Assembly: GCF_963921235.1 (NCBI RefSeq)
Contig: NC_086097.1
Span: 184,638,001 to 184,702,000, forward strand
Reading direction: 5' to 3'
Length of the DNA stretch: 64,000 nt
Source: Mobula hypostoma
Taxonomy: Eukaryota
The position numbers and the translations under genes are program-made. A model generated the notes under the pieces. That model saw nothing but the letters and a program-made list of their open reading frames with translations, was not told the DNA's origin and made no database searches. Below are positions 48,963 to 62,447 of the stretch, piece by piece; the first letter of the stretch is position 1; each line of letters begins with the position of its first letter.

Positions 48963-49958
48963 AGACCATAAGACCATAAGACATAGGAGCAGAATTGGGC
49001 CATTCAGCCCATCAATCCCACTCCGCCATTTCATCATGGCTGTTCCTAGATCCCATTCAACCCCATACACCTGCCTTCTCACCATATCCCTTGATGTCCT
49101 GACAAATCAGGGATCTATCAACTTCTGCTTTAATTATACCCACGGACTTGGCCTCCATTGCAGTCTGTGACAGAGCATTCCACAGAATCACCACTCTTAG
49201 CCTAACAAAATTATCCTACTTCTGTTCTAAAAGTCACCCCTCAATTTTGAGGCTGTGCCCTCTAGTTCTGGATACCCCCACCAGAGGAACCATCCTCTCC
49301 ACATCCACCTTATCTATTCCTTTCAACATTCAGTAGGTTTCAATGCGATCCCCACACATTCTTCTGAATTCCAGTGAGTACAGGCCCAAAGCTTCCAAAT
49401 GCTCCTCATATGTTAACCTTTCTTTCCCAGAATCATCCTCATGAACCTCCTCTGGACTCTTCCCAGTGACAATACATCCTTTCTGAGATAAGGGGCCCAA
49501 AACTGTTGACAATACTCCAAGAACGACCTGACTACTGTCTTATAAAGCTTCAACATTATCTCCTTGTTTTATTTTCTATTCACTTGAAATACATGCCAAC
49601 ATTGCATTTGTATTCTTTATCACAGACTCAGCCTGAGAATTAACCTTCTGGGAGTCTTACACAAGGACTCTTAAGTGCCTTTGCACCTCTGATGTTTGAG
49701 CCTTCTCCTCATATAGATAATAATCCGCACTGTTATTCTTTTTACCAAAATGCATTATCATATATTTCCTAACACTGTATTCCACCTGCTACTTTCTTGC
49801 CCATTCTTTCAATTTGTCTAAGTCCTGCTGCAATCACATTTCTTCCTCAGCACTGCCTGCCCCTCCACCTATCTTCGTATCATCTGCAAATTTGCTACAA
49901 AGCCATCGATTCCACTGTCTAAATCATTGACAAACAATGTAAAAAGTTGCAGTTCCAG
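48963..49958 (-). mobile_element. CR1 LINE 3' fragment
   Basis: Reverse (TTATGGTC)n tail. Same subfamily as 28835-30478. Confidence 0.88.
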
Positions 49959-49959
49959 C

Positions 49960-50520
49960 AGTCGAGGCAGAGGTGAGGCAAGGAGGCGAGTGTGAGGCTG
50001 GATTGAAGAGAGGTTGAGACAAATTCAAGACGAGCGGATATAAGGCTGTCCACCAAACCCGGAACAAAGAAAGACTCCAGGTTTGATCGATCTAAGTGTC
50101 AGGCCAATTTGGAAAGGTCGGATACAGGCTGAAATGTGACGGCAAGGTCCAGGCCCAGAACGTGTTGAAACAATAAAGTCTGGGTCCTAGGGTGAGGAAG
50201 GACCCAATGTTTGGATGATTTGAATGCCTGGCCAGATTGAAAAGGCAGGGTGTCTTGACCAGAAGTGAGGGTCAGGCTGTATCTGCTCACTGCTCCACAA
50301 TGTTCTCTCAGCTCTGTGCTGAACTGAGGCTGTGGCCTACTCGGGCTGCTGTGAGGCCTAGCTTTGTGTCTGTAGACTCACTTTCATTCAGAATGCTATT
50401 TGCTTACTTTATTGTTTGCACAATTTGTTTTTTCCCTTTCTGCCCATTGGGTGCTTGACGGCCTTCTTTTCTTTTAATGGGTCCTTTTAGGTTTCTTCAT
50501 TTGGTGGCTGCCTGTCTGAC
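49960..50520 (+). mobile_element. Unclassified SINE-like repeat
   Basis: GC-richer head and T-rich 3' body, similar in organisation to 34842-35513. Confidence 0.4.
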
Positions 50521-53500
50521 TTGCTTAAGGCTCCTTATTAAGATTGTACAAATCCAAGGCAAGTGCTGTGAAAACAAAGTTGTGATGGGAGTAACCAAAG
50601 GCAAATGTGCTTTGGAGCAATGTGATCTCATTTTTCCCGGTAAATGTTCTTTGCAAGCATGGCACCAGAAACAATAGCCAATGCATGGATTAGACATGAA
50701 ATCAACACAACTGCACAAGCATGAATCATCATGTCATCTCTGATCAAATATACATAGAGGTGCAATTTGACCCGGAAAATCGTGTAATCGTCTTGTTCTC
50801 CGGGAATCATCAATTTTGATACACGTGGTGCTAAGATTGACACTGTCACACCAAGCCAATTTCTTGGCAGTAATACTTTGTTTTTGTTAAATGAAGAAAT
50901 AGATTTCGCTGCTGGCTGTCCTTGGAATTAGTAAAGCAAACTCCAACATTGCCTCTTTGTTGAACCCATCAAGACATAAGGTTGGATTTTATGCATTTTA
51001 TTGTAAAAAATCTAAAGCCAACCTATGAACCCAGTAATTTTCTGTTACATGAGATATATTTTATGCATTAACTTAGTTACATCACACTATCTGACTTATT
51101 CACCACCCCAGGGAAGTCTCTCTTATCAAAATTAACTGCTTAAGCAAAAACGTGATGTCAATTATGACCTTTTGAACTTGATTAAAATTATTATTAAGGG
51201 ACTTGCTTTAATATAATGTGCCGTCATTTTCTTCAACATTAGTAATTTAAAAGAACCTGAATGGTTAATTGATCAATATTTATTACATCCAACCTTGGCA
51301 CGTTACATGCGTCAGTGCACGTGACAGATTAAGTTCATCTGTATTAACTCACCAGCCAGAAACAGGACAATAGCAATTAGGTACTCACTGCATGCCTCTT
51401 CATCTGATGGCACTAACCTTCTTTGCCAGGTTGATTGATCAGTGTCTTGTAGAGAGTCATATACCATTTAACAGAAGACCGATAATAATATTATGTCTTT
51501 TTTAATGGCTGATAGCCTTAATGTTGCACTATAAGAATCAGTATATCACAATCCCACTAAGAATTCTATTAATTCATTTTTCTGGGAAATATGTAAATCT
51601 TTAAGAAATTGCAAGAAAATGCAAATGAGTGGAAGAATGCAGTTGTTCTATTTGGCAGTAAACATAACTAAAGCAAAGCATTAAAAATGGATACAGGTGT
51701 TTATGTTAAATATGTGCTCTGCTCTAATACACATTCTGACCTTCCAAACTTTATGAACTTTCATCAAAATATACATTTAAATTAGTGCTTTGGGATTTAG
51801 TGTAAAGATTCAGCCAAGGTACAGCTATAAAAACAGTTTCTGTAGAAACGAGAGAACTTAGTTGGGAGAGGGTATACCCTGAACACGCTACCATCTGATG
51901 CAAGAGCTGATCTGTTTGATTCCTGTGATACATGTGCCACCAAAGCACTGTGAGCTATGGGCAGTTCACAGTGACAGTGATTACAGCATAAAGCTCAGCA
52001 TTGATTTCTTCAAATAAAAGGGCTGTGATCAGTGAAGGGGAGCTTGAGTGAATTATCTAACATAAAGCTGGCCATTGAATAATGAGGCTGAAAGTTGTGG
52101 TGTACAAGACATCAATGTGACAGAATTAATTGAATTGAACAGCACTTACCTCTTGAATTCTACGTACTGAGCCAGTTTCTTTGTGAATAAATGGTGAAAG
52201 TTGTGATTTCTTCCCCCCCCCCCCAAAGCTCCAATTTCTTACAGCTGGGGAGGAAACATGTGTGATGTTATTAACTACAGTGCTGTTGCCAGACAAACGT
52301 CAGCAGCATTAAGGTGAATTCTACATAGAATTACCTGGGACAATTTCCCAACTGATCATGAGCATCAACTAATGTGTTTACAGTAAACACATCTAATTTT
52401 GCAGCAATGTTTGTTTCTTTCCCTCAGGGTGCTTTTTGCCTTCCATATGACCTCCTTCATACCAACAAAGATTCCAGCCTTGAGGACTGGCTGCTACTGT
52501 CTGCACCATTGTTAGGTGAATCGCCAAGGGCAGGATGGTTGTTGACATCTAAGGCAGCTAATGTTCTTTCTGTTGTCTTCATTGTGATGAATAACTGTTT
52601 CCACAAACACAGACCCAGTAGTCTGCTGGCTCAAAGAATAATGAAATTTAATGCACCTGCAGAGGTTGAATTGGTTTCCTATCAGTGGCATAGGGTCAGA
52701 AGAAAAGACTCACAGTTTGCAAAAAACTAATAGCATGCAATCCTTGTAAAAATCTTCTAAACACTAAATAAGCTACAGTATCATTTTTCAGTATTAATTA
52801 GAGTGACTTATTCTTATATTGCTGCAGTGGGAGAATAGGAAAAGGGAAAGTATAACAAGCACATACTCATAAATGCTAATTTGGTACTTGGCTGCAAAAC
52901 CCTTTCCCTGAACCTTGTTCCTTTGTATTGTAAAATTATTGTTGTTTTACTTAGGCTTTTACTGAGCACGAGGTTCAGTTATAGGACATTTATTATGCAA
53001 GTCTGTTGTCTGCAACAACTCCCTGTGTTCTTTTTGCTTGAAAAAGTCAGTAATACGATTGTTTGAACATTACAACCCATTAAGTATGTTGGTGTGATTT
53101 TTAACAATTCTTTGATGGCTTTATCTGCTACAGTCTTGGCACCATACAGCACCATCCTGAATCCCAGAGGTCCTGGGATTAGTGGTTGCTGCTTTCTGTT
53201 GTGGGGAGCTGATACTGTTTTACGGAATCTATTCACACATCTGGCATGCCACAGTTCCCCACTTGGCACTAATGCCAAGCTTTTACTATGCTGCAGAAAA
53301 ATCTCTCACTAGTGTCTAGTTAACTGTTTCCATCAAGAGAACAAGGAAGATCTAGCTACTAAAACACACTGTCCCTACTGGATGTAACTATAATCATCCT
53401 TTCCTTGGCTACTTCAGTGTCTTCCCATTTTATAGGGAAACATTAAATTTAGTAACTTACTATAAAATAAGCACAGCTCTCTAATGTGAAGCTACATGCA

Positions 53501-56309
53501 GGGGATTTCTCAGGGTGACATTAATCACACAATTTGCAGTTTTACTTAGGAACCCTAAATATTAAATACTCAGACAAGCAAAAATAATTGTCCTGAAGTT
53601 CTGGTCTAGATCGACGGGAGGGACTGTAGAGATTAGCTGCATGTAACTGGAACTTGGGCCAGAACTGGTTCTGTTTACATTACACCCATTTTTTTTTACT
53701 TGCAGCCCTTTCCTGGCTGGAACCCATTGCCTGCTGCCTCTATATCTTTGGGGGCATGAGTCCTACTAAAGTCAGGAAATAAAAAACTCATGCGTTCAGT
53801 TAGAGAGAAGTAATTATTCTCAAAGATAATCAGTTATCTTTATCAAGTTGCTTGTTTGTTCCATTGAGGAAAAATGTTAGAGATTCCTGTTCGGCAGAAT
53901 CTTGCTGGTCTCACCAAATTTTGTGATGGAGTCCTATACCCCCGCTGCAATTTTCTGCCAGTGGTTCAGGGTGTGTACCTTTGATGGGTACTCACAAGTG
54001 CAATGCATTGGTTATATAAAGTGTTCTTACCAGGAACAATCATACTTCCACCAGACACCAGAACCCCAGGAACAACAACCCAACTGCTTGTGACTTAATT
54101 TGACCACATCGATATTTTAGGAAATTGGACTGAAATGAAATAATTTGAAGAATGTCAGATTAGGTTCTGAAAATATCAGTTTATTCAATAATATTGCAAA
54201 TATTATTGACAGCAGAATAAACATGTGAGAAAAATACTGGCAAAATAATTCTTTTAAGAATGACTGCATCAAACAAATATGCTGTTTTATATTTTTCAAA
54301 ATTATCCTGCATGCATGGATACTTCCAAATGCATTGCCAGGCAAGCTGGGACAAGCTAGCAATATCTTCTGAATAGTAAATTTTGTGTCCTCCCAAATGC
54401 CTCATTGCATATGCAGTCTGGAACATTTGTTCCCATTTCCAATTAGTAAAATATCCTTGTGGTTTATGATTGGGGTGATGGATCTGTCGGTGAGCAACGG
54501 AGGTGATTTTTCAACTTCTCTGCATTCCCACAGGCATGCAGCATTTGACAGATTGGACATAAGTACCATGGAGGAGTCTGACACAGATGGTGTAATTAGA
54601 AAATGCGAAGTGAGGGTGTGAATTCTATCTTTGATCAGCACCTTCTTGCAGATTGTCATCTATGTTAATATTAAGCAGTTTCTCAGAATTATAAAAAACA
54701 GCCTTGAGGTAAAATTATATACCTTTGTGATATGCTTTAGAGTCAGAAAGTGTCATTCATTTTGTCAGATTTGTGTTGCTCGACGATAGCTGATTATTTT
54801 AATGAGCCTAAAAATTGTAATTATTCTTCTGCTTTGTGAAAAAAATATTACAAAATGAATAATCAGAAAAAAATGTAGTAGGAAGAGTTTAATTGGTCTC
54901 TCTCTGTGAGTAAACATTGAAGCTCATCTGCTACTAGCAAAATTGACGATTTCATTGTTTTTTCCAGAAATCTGTATCTTTTTGTTTGTTTGTATCTTTA
55001 GACAATGGACAACCCAATTTTATCATTCATTATTTACTTGATCCAAATATTTGTAAAAGATAACACAATAAATTGTTGGCCACATTTTTAGATGTACCAG
55101 TGTGTAATTAATATTATAAGATTCTGATGCAGCTTCCCTCTCTTGTAATTGCTTAAGAGAGCTGAAGATACATGAGGATGTTTTTTTCTTCTGCTGTACT
55201 GGGTAGAAAGCAGCTTTTTGTCAAAATAAGCCATTAGCTATAATGGCATGTAGGTGTAATGGAATGTGCTTTAAACATCTGTGCTAAGAGCAGGGGAAAA
55301 ATTGCTGCATGCAGACCTGTGCCTTTAGGGAGTGTGATTAAGGACTGCTTCAGAGAACTTGAGATCTGGCATGGGAAGTGAAAAAATGAAGAAAGAAAAT
55401 TGTGTTAATAGAATTATAGATACTCTGCAGGGAGAACAAAAATTTAACATTTTTTTCTGTGCCTGTTTTCTTGTTTCTGCTGCATTAAGCCTTCTGTGAA
55501 ATAAATTATATATACAATATGTTGAACTTCTTGTGATGATATACCGTATATAGCAAAGACAGCAAAGTAATGATTCTGAAATTTCAATATTCTTGAGTGA
55601 TTTATCTGAGTGACTGCATTATTGATATTTTATTGAAACATTTTATTATAAAACCAATAAATAATGCATTCTCTGGTAAGTACCGTAATCTGATGTGCAA
55701 CTATCTCAACAGATCTTCAAGACATGAGGCTTTGCATTGATTAATATCTGTTTTCCATAGTTGGGAACACAGTGTGTCAACTGCTGTATGTATTTTTTAA
55801 TGCTCAATCATTTTTTCTAAATAGATTTGAAAATCAGTGACCCAGCTGGTGGTATAGATGAGATATATAAGATTTTGCTTACTCATAAAGAAAGGAAATA
55901 AATGGGCTAAAATAAAATTTAATTGTGTAATCTAAAATCTATAACATTCACACGTACTTTCATTGTATTTGGAAATAACTAGTTAATTATACAATTAATA
56001 TTGGGTACTTTATCATTGCTTTTATAATTAAATCAAAATAGGAAAATATACCAAGGAAGCCATCAATTTAAAAAAAGACAGAATTACGGTATGTAAGTGT
56101 CTAAGTCTAAAATAACTTTTTAATGTAATTTTTATTCTGTCTGGAATAAGGCCTCGGTCTATGAATTCTCTTATTTATACCCCAGTCTATAACGAAAGCT
56201 GCAGTTTGTTTTAAAGAAGCAATTGTAAAATACATTTGTCTGATGATTTCACTGGCATAGTATTTCTCAGAAATTGAAACATGGATGAATTTTTTTAAAA
56301 TTTCAACTA

Positions 56310-57165
56310 AAGTTTAATGTATCTGAGTGTGCAAGGTTGAATTGCAATGCGATTTGTGAGGAGGGTGCACTGAGGCTTCAGGAGGATATAGACTGGTTAA
56401 GTGAATTGTTGAGGACATGATAAATGGAATAAATCTGAGGTTATCCACTTCAAAAGAAAAACAAAATAGAAAGGCAAGAATATTTTCTGAGTGAGGAGAT
56501 CTTGAAAATATTGTTGTTTAGAAGGAGCTGAGTTCCTTTGTGCATGAATCACCAGAAGCTAACTTGCAAGTACAGTAAAGAATTAGGAAGGATAATGCTA
56601 CCGTATGTTTGGCTTTATTGCAAGAAGGCTTGAGTGCGTATATAAATTGATCTTGCTGGAAGCACAGAGGACTGTTTTAGGAACACGCCTGGAACTTTGT
56701 GTAGAGTCTGAACTGCCATGGAAACTGTAATTTTGAAAGTGGGGATGCACTAGAAGTTCTCCAGCTCAATTCTTGCCTTGGGGGTTTGTCTACGAGACGA
56801 CATTAAGCAAATTGGACTCATACTCAGTGAAGTTTAGAAGAATAACCCAGTTATTTCAGGATCTCATTGTAACATTAACATCCTTGCAAAGTCTGAAAAA
56901 GCAGATCATTTACTTGAAGTGTCTAAAACCAGGAATTAGAATGTCTACACAGGGCTCAGCCATTCAGGAACCCTTTCTTCACTCAAAAGATAGTAATTCT
57001 TTGGAATCCTCTTCCCATGATAGCAGTATTTTCAAAATAGTGACTCATGCATTTTTGGTTGCTCTGCAAATCACAGGATATGAGGGAGGTGTGTGCCCCT
57101 GAGATAAATGATCAGTATTGATCTCACTGAATGGTGAAGAGGCTGGACACTGTTTCTATTACATT
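56310..57165 (+). mobile_element. Very old CR1 3' fragment
   Basis: LQEDIDWLSE, EVIHF, ML.FIARR, YE..L.KL..YS..FRR remnants. Confidence 0.65.
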
Positions 57166-57711
57166 CTCCGTTTCATGACAAGCAGCAGCTTGTGGAAGGA
57201 AGTATTTCAGCCTGATTGAATATTGCCAAAATGTAACTTAAAACTACTTTGAGTATAAGTATCTCATAGACATAGCTTTAAATGTTGATCAATAATCTTT
57301 ATCCTTGGCTAGAGTTATTATGCAAAATGAACAGAACATTAGAAGAATTTAGAAGACTAACTTGCTGGTATTTGATTATAACAAATGCCAGTCACAAAAA
57401 TCTTCTTTATAATTCATAGTCAACTGGTGTTTGATTATTCAGCTAACTTTTAATATGTTGACAAAAGGTTTCCACCCTTAGCTGTTTCATTATAACATTT
57501 GTTATAATCAAAATACTATCAAGTTATTCTTCTAAATCTTTTCAATTTTTTTGAAGAGCACAATGAGCAGTCTCTACCAAAATCAAGGATATCAATGGAA
57601 ATGAATGAAGCAGTTGAGCTGATAGATCTATTATTGATGATTATTATCAGATATGCACAGTGAACATCAGGGCCCTGGTGTTGTTTATAGAACAGAAAGA
57701 CCTCAGTTCGC

Positions 57712-57982
57712 CATGGTAGCACAATGCTATTACAACTTGGGGCCTTGGAGTTCAGAGTTCAATTCCAGCACTGTCTGTGATGATTTTGTTCATTCTTCCA
57801 GTGAACAGCAGAGTAGGTTTTCTCCGAGAGCTCCAGTTTCCTACCACAATCCAAAGGCACTCCAATTAGTAGATTAATCGGTCATTGTAATTGCCCTGTG
57901 ATTAGACTAGTGTTAACTAGGTGGCTTGCTGCGTGATGCAGGTCATTGGGCCAGAAGGGCTGTTCCGCTCTGTATCTCTAAA
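57712..57982 (+). mobile_element. V-SINE (HE1-like)
   Basis: GAGTTCAATTCC B box, V-core GGTTTTCTCCGAGAGCTCCAGTTTCCTACCAC, CR1-like tail. Confidence 0.75.
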
Positions 57983-57984
57983 TA

Positions 57985-59574
57985 CAAACCCCATTTCCAG
58001 AAAGGTTGGGATATTTTCCAAATTGCAATAAAAACAAAAAAAATCTATGATATGTTAATTCACGTGAACCTTTATTTAACTGACAAAAGTACAAAGAAAA
58101 GATTTTCAATAGTTTTACTGACCAACTTAATTGTATTTTGTAAACATATACAAATTTAGAATTTGATGGCTGCAACATACTCAACAAAAGTTGGGACAAA
58201 GGCATGTTTACCATTGTGTTACAACACCTTTCCTTTTAATAACACTTTTTAATCATTTTGGAACTGAGGGTACTAATTGTAATAGGTTTGCAATTGGAAA
58301 TTTTGTTCATTCTTGCTTGATGTAAGACTTCAGCTGCTCAACAGTCCGTGGTCTCTGTTGTCTGATTCTTCTCTTCATGATGTTCCATACATTTTCAATA
58401 GGAGATAGATCTGGACTGGCAGCAGGCTCTGTGTCTACAAAGCCACGCTATTGTAGCCTGTGCAGAATGTGGTCTGGCATTGCCCTGCTGAAATAAGCAT
58501 GGGCGTCCTGGGCAGAAACGTCGCCTTGATGGCAACATATGTCTCTCTAAAATCCTAATATACACCTCAGAGTCAATGGTACCTTCACATACATGCAACT
58601 CACTCATGCCGTGGGCACTGATGCACCCCCATACCATTACAGATGCTGGCTTTTGCACCTTTCGCTGATAACAATCTGGATGGTCGTTTTCATCTTTGGC
58701 ATGGAGAACTCGATGCCCGTTTTTTCCAAAAACTAGCTGAAATGTGGATTCATTTGACCACAGCACACAGTTCCACAGTCTTTCGGTCCATCTGAGATGA
58801 GCTCAGGCCCAGAGAACTCGCCGGCGTTTCTGCATAGAGTTGATGTATGGATTCCTCCTTTCGTAATACAGTTTCAAGTTGCATTTCTGGATGCAGCGAC
58901 AGACTGTGTTGAGTGACAATGGTTTTCTGAAGTACTCCCGAGCCCAGGTGGCTATAATTGTCACAGTAGCATGACGGTTTCTTAGGCAGTGCCGCCTGAG
59001 GGCTCGAAGATCACGCGCATTCAACAGTGGTTTCCGACCTTGCCCTTTACACACTGAGATGTCTCTGAATTCTCTGAATCTTTTCACAATATTATGTACT
59101 GTAGATGTTGAAAGACCTAAATTCTCTGCAATCTTGCATTGGGAAATGTTCCTTTTGAACTGACTAACAATTCTCTCATGAATTTTGGCACAAAGGGGTG
59201 AGCCACGACCCATCTTTGCTTGCAAAGACTGAGCCTTTGATAGACGTTACTTTTATACCCAGTCATGATACCTCACCTGCTACCAATTAGCCTGCTTAAT
59301 GTGGAGTCTTCCAAACCAGTGTTACTTGAATATTCTGTGCACTTTTCAATCTTATTTTAACTCTGTCCCAACTTTTGTTGAGTGTGTTGCAGCCATCAAA
59401 TTCTAACTTTGTGTATATTTACAAAATACAATTAAGTTGCTCAGTAAAAATATTGAAAATCTTTCCTTTGTACTTTTGTCAGTTAAAGAAAGGTTCACGT
59501 GAATTAACATATCACAGATTTTTGTTTTTATTGCATTTTGGAAAATATCCCAACTTTTCTGGAAATGGGGTTTG
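57985..59574 (-). mobile_element. Full-length Tc1/mariner DNA transposon, IR/DR type
   Basis: TA duplication (57983-57984, 59575-59576). TIRs of about 212 bp (57985-58198, 59364-59574) with internal AAA(A/G)GTTGGGA direct repeats. Confidence 0.95.
58208..59213 (-). pseudogene. Tc1 transposase (inactive)
   Basis: MGRG...IA.NLGLSTSTVHNIVKRF (HTH), GRKP, WSNES, VMVWGC, FQQGNA, SPDLSPIENVW. The first two catalytic Asp residues are mutated, and there are stops and a small deletion. Confidence 0.93.
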
Positions 59575-60249
59575 TAAATTTTTTTTTAAACCGGAGGTAT
59601 AATATCGTTCCCTGTAAATGGCAACAAACTTAGACAGGTTGGAGAAGGAGTATGGTATGCACATTCACTGGTCGTGTCATTGATTACAACAGCTGGGCTG
59701 TCACGTTACAGTCCTACAAGACCTCATGTGTGCAGGTCTGGTTGCTGTACCAAATGAAGAATCTAAAGAGGGTGCAAAACAAATTCACAAGTACATTGCA
59801 AGACTGGAAGTCTTAAGAAATAAGTTATACTGAATAGATTGAGATTGTTTATCCTGGAGTGATGGAGACAGAGAGGTGACTTGATAGACTTTTATAAAAT
59901 TATGGGGGACATAGAGAAGATAGATAGTCACACTGGATAGGTGTAGGGTTTATGTTTCCTTCACTATGGCGTCCATGACCTGGAGTTAGTTTCCAAAATA
60001 TGAAGTTGGTCACTCAGATGTTGATGAATCGTTAACAACCTATGACTGCAAGGAAACCTCAGTCACTGTGTATACTCAAAAAGAGAAAGGTAGGTGTATG
60101 GACGGGGTATCAAAAGATACAGAGAAAGTAGAACTGAAATAAAAGATCAGTTATGATCTTATTAATTTCCAGAGAAGTGCCAGGCCCAGCTGCATATCCT
60201 TGCCTGTATATCCTTTGACCTTATGTCCATACTCCAACAACTGCACCAT

Positions 60250-61627
60250 TAGTATCAACTCTCCTGAATGTATCACTTCCACGTCATTAACCTATCTAAA
60301 GTCTCAATCAATCAGGAACACATCCAGGATCCTCCTTGGGAGACCAGAATCAGTACAGATTTATGGTAACATCTCCTCACTAGCAATCAACGCAGGTACA
60401 CTTCAAGAATGTGTGCTTACCCCATTGCTCTTCTCTCTCTACACTCACGACTGTGTGGCCAGGCACAGCTCGAACACCATCAATAAATTTGAAGAATCTC
60501 AGATGGTGACGAAGAGGCATATGGAAATGATATAGATTAGCTGACTGAGGGATGTCACAACAGCAACCTTGCACTTAACATCAGCAAGACCAAGGAGCTG
60601 ACTGTGGAATTCAAAAAGTGGAATTCAAGAGAACATACACACCAGTACTCATTAAGGGGTCTATGGTTGAAAGAGTGAGCAGCTACCAAGTTTCCCAACT
60701 TTAGGTTCTTCAGTGTTATCATTTTCAGAGGTTCAGTCCTGGGTCCAGCCTTTTCATAGAAAGCACAGCAGCACTTCTACATTCTTAGAAGTTTGTTAAG
60801 ATTTGTAAGGTCATCTAAAACTTTGACAAACTTGTATAGATGTCCAGTGGAGATTGTATTGACTGGTTGCATCATGCTTGGTATGGAAGCACTAATTCCC
60901 TTGAATGGAAAAGCATACAAAAAGTAGTGAATACAGCCCAGTCCATCACGGGTAAAGCCCTCCCCACCATTGTGTACATCTATATGAGGTGATATTGCAG
61001 GAAAGCAGCATCCATTATCAAGAACCCCCACCATCCAGGCCATGCTCTCTTCTCACTGCTATCATCAGAAAAGGGTGTACAGGAGCCTCAGGACCCAAAC
61101 TACCAGGTTCAGGAACAGTTATGACCCATCCCTCAACTTGAACCTGAGGGGATATCTTTATTTAACTTCACTCACCCCAACACTGAACAATTCCCACAAC
61201 CTATGGACTGACAAGAGCTTTTCATTTCATGTTCTTGATATTTATTGCTTATTTATTCATTATTATTATTTCTTCTGTTGCCAAGCTGTATTGGCCCTAG
61301 TGCCCTTCCCTTGGACAACATTGGTGGCGTGGAGAGGGGAGCCTTGCAGCATAGGCAACTGCCGGTCTTCCATATAACCTTGACCAGGCCTGTGCCCTGG
61401 AAACCTTCAAAGGCACAAATCCATGGTCTCATGAGACTAACGGAGGCCTAAATTATTTCTTCTTTTTGTATTTGCACATTGGTTGTTTGGCCCTCTTGTG
61501 TGTGGTCTTTCATTAATTCTCTTGTGATTCTTTGTATTTACTGTGATTGCTACAAGAAATTAAATCTCAGGGTTGAATACAGTAACATATATGCACTTTG
61601 ATAATAAATTTACTTTGAACTTTGAAG
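60250..61627 (+). mobile_element. Rex1/Babar-type LINE 3' fragment with small insertion (about 61280-61450)
   Basis: GTLQECVLTPLLFSLYTHDCVARHSSNTINKF, LNISKTKEL.V.F, tail AATAAATTTAC(TTTGAAC)2. Confidence 0.82.
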
Positions 61628-61997
61628 TGTTCAGTGCTTAATTATTCTACACTCTGTACCCAAAAGTTAGCTTCATCCCAACCCTAGCCTTCTCCTTCAC
61701 TTGATCCAGAACTACGCTTCTACCAGAGAATGATTGCAGAGGAAAGTGGCAGCAAAAATGAGCCATCATCAATGAGTTTATCACTTATGCATAAATTCTG
61801 ATATTGACACCACATATTTAATGGAGATATTGTAGGGATAAGCTGCACATGGTGAGGTAACCATCATGAACAGCCTGTAGTGAGGGATGGAGCCAAGGGA
61901 ACTATGTGCTAACTTCCCAGGGAAGATTGTGAGGTGATGACTTTGAAATGATTTGCTGGTTAGCAGATGGCATTGGTTTAGTATATTTGATATTATT

Positions 61998-62447
61998 CAT
62001 ATGAAAAGCATTTGATGGCTCTGGGCCTGTATTCTCAAGAATTCAGAAGAATAAGTGAATTCATTCCCTCATTGAAACATAATCGAATGGTGAAAGACCT
62101 TGATGGAGTGTATGTGGAGAGGATATTTCATACGGTGGGAGAGACTAAGACCAGAGGACACAGCCTCAGAATAGAAGGGCATCCTTTTAGAACAGAGATG
62201 AGGAGGGACTTCTTTAGCCAGCGAGTGGTGAATCTGTGGAATTCTTTGCCACAGGCAGCTGTGGAGGCCAAGTCTTTATGTATATTTAAGGCAGAGGTTG
62301 ATAGATTCTTGATTGGTCAGGGCATGAAGGGATACGGGGAGAAGGCAGGAGATTGGGGCTGAGAGGAAACTGGATGGGCCAAACTGGTTTGGCAGAGCAA
62401 ACTGGATGGGCCAAATAGCCTAATTCTGCTCCTATATCTTATGGTCT
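61998..62447 (+). mobile_element. CR1 LINE 3' end
   Basis: LMALGLYS.EFRR...TRGHSLRI...FFSQRVVNLWNSLP; tail CCTATATCTTATGGTCT. Confidence 0.88.
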
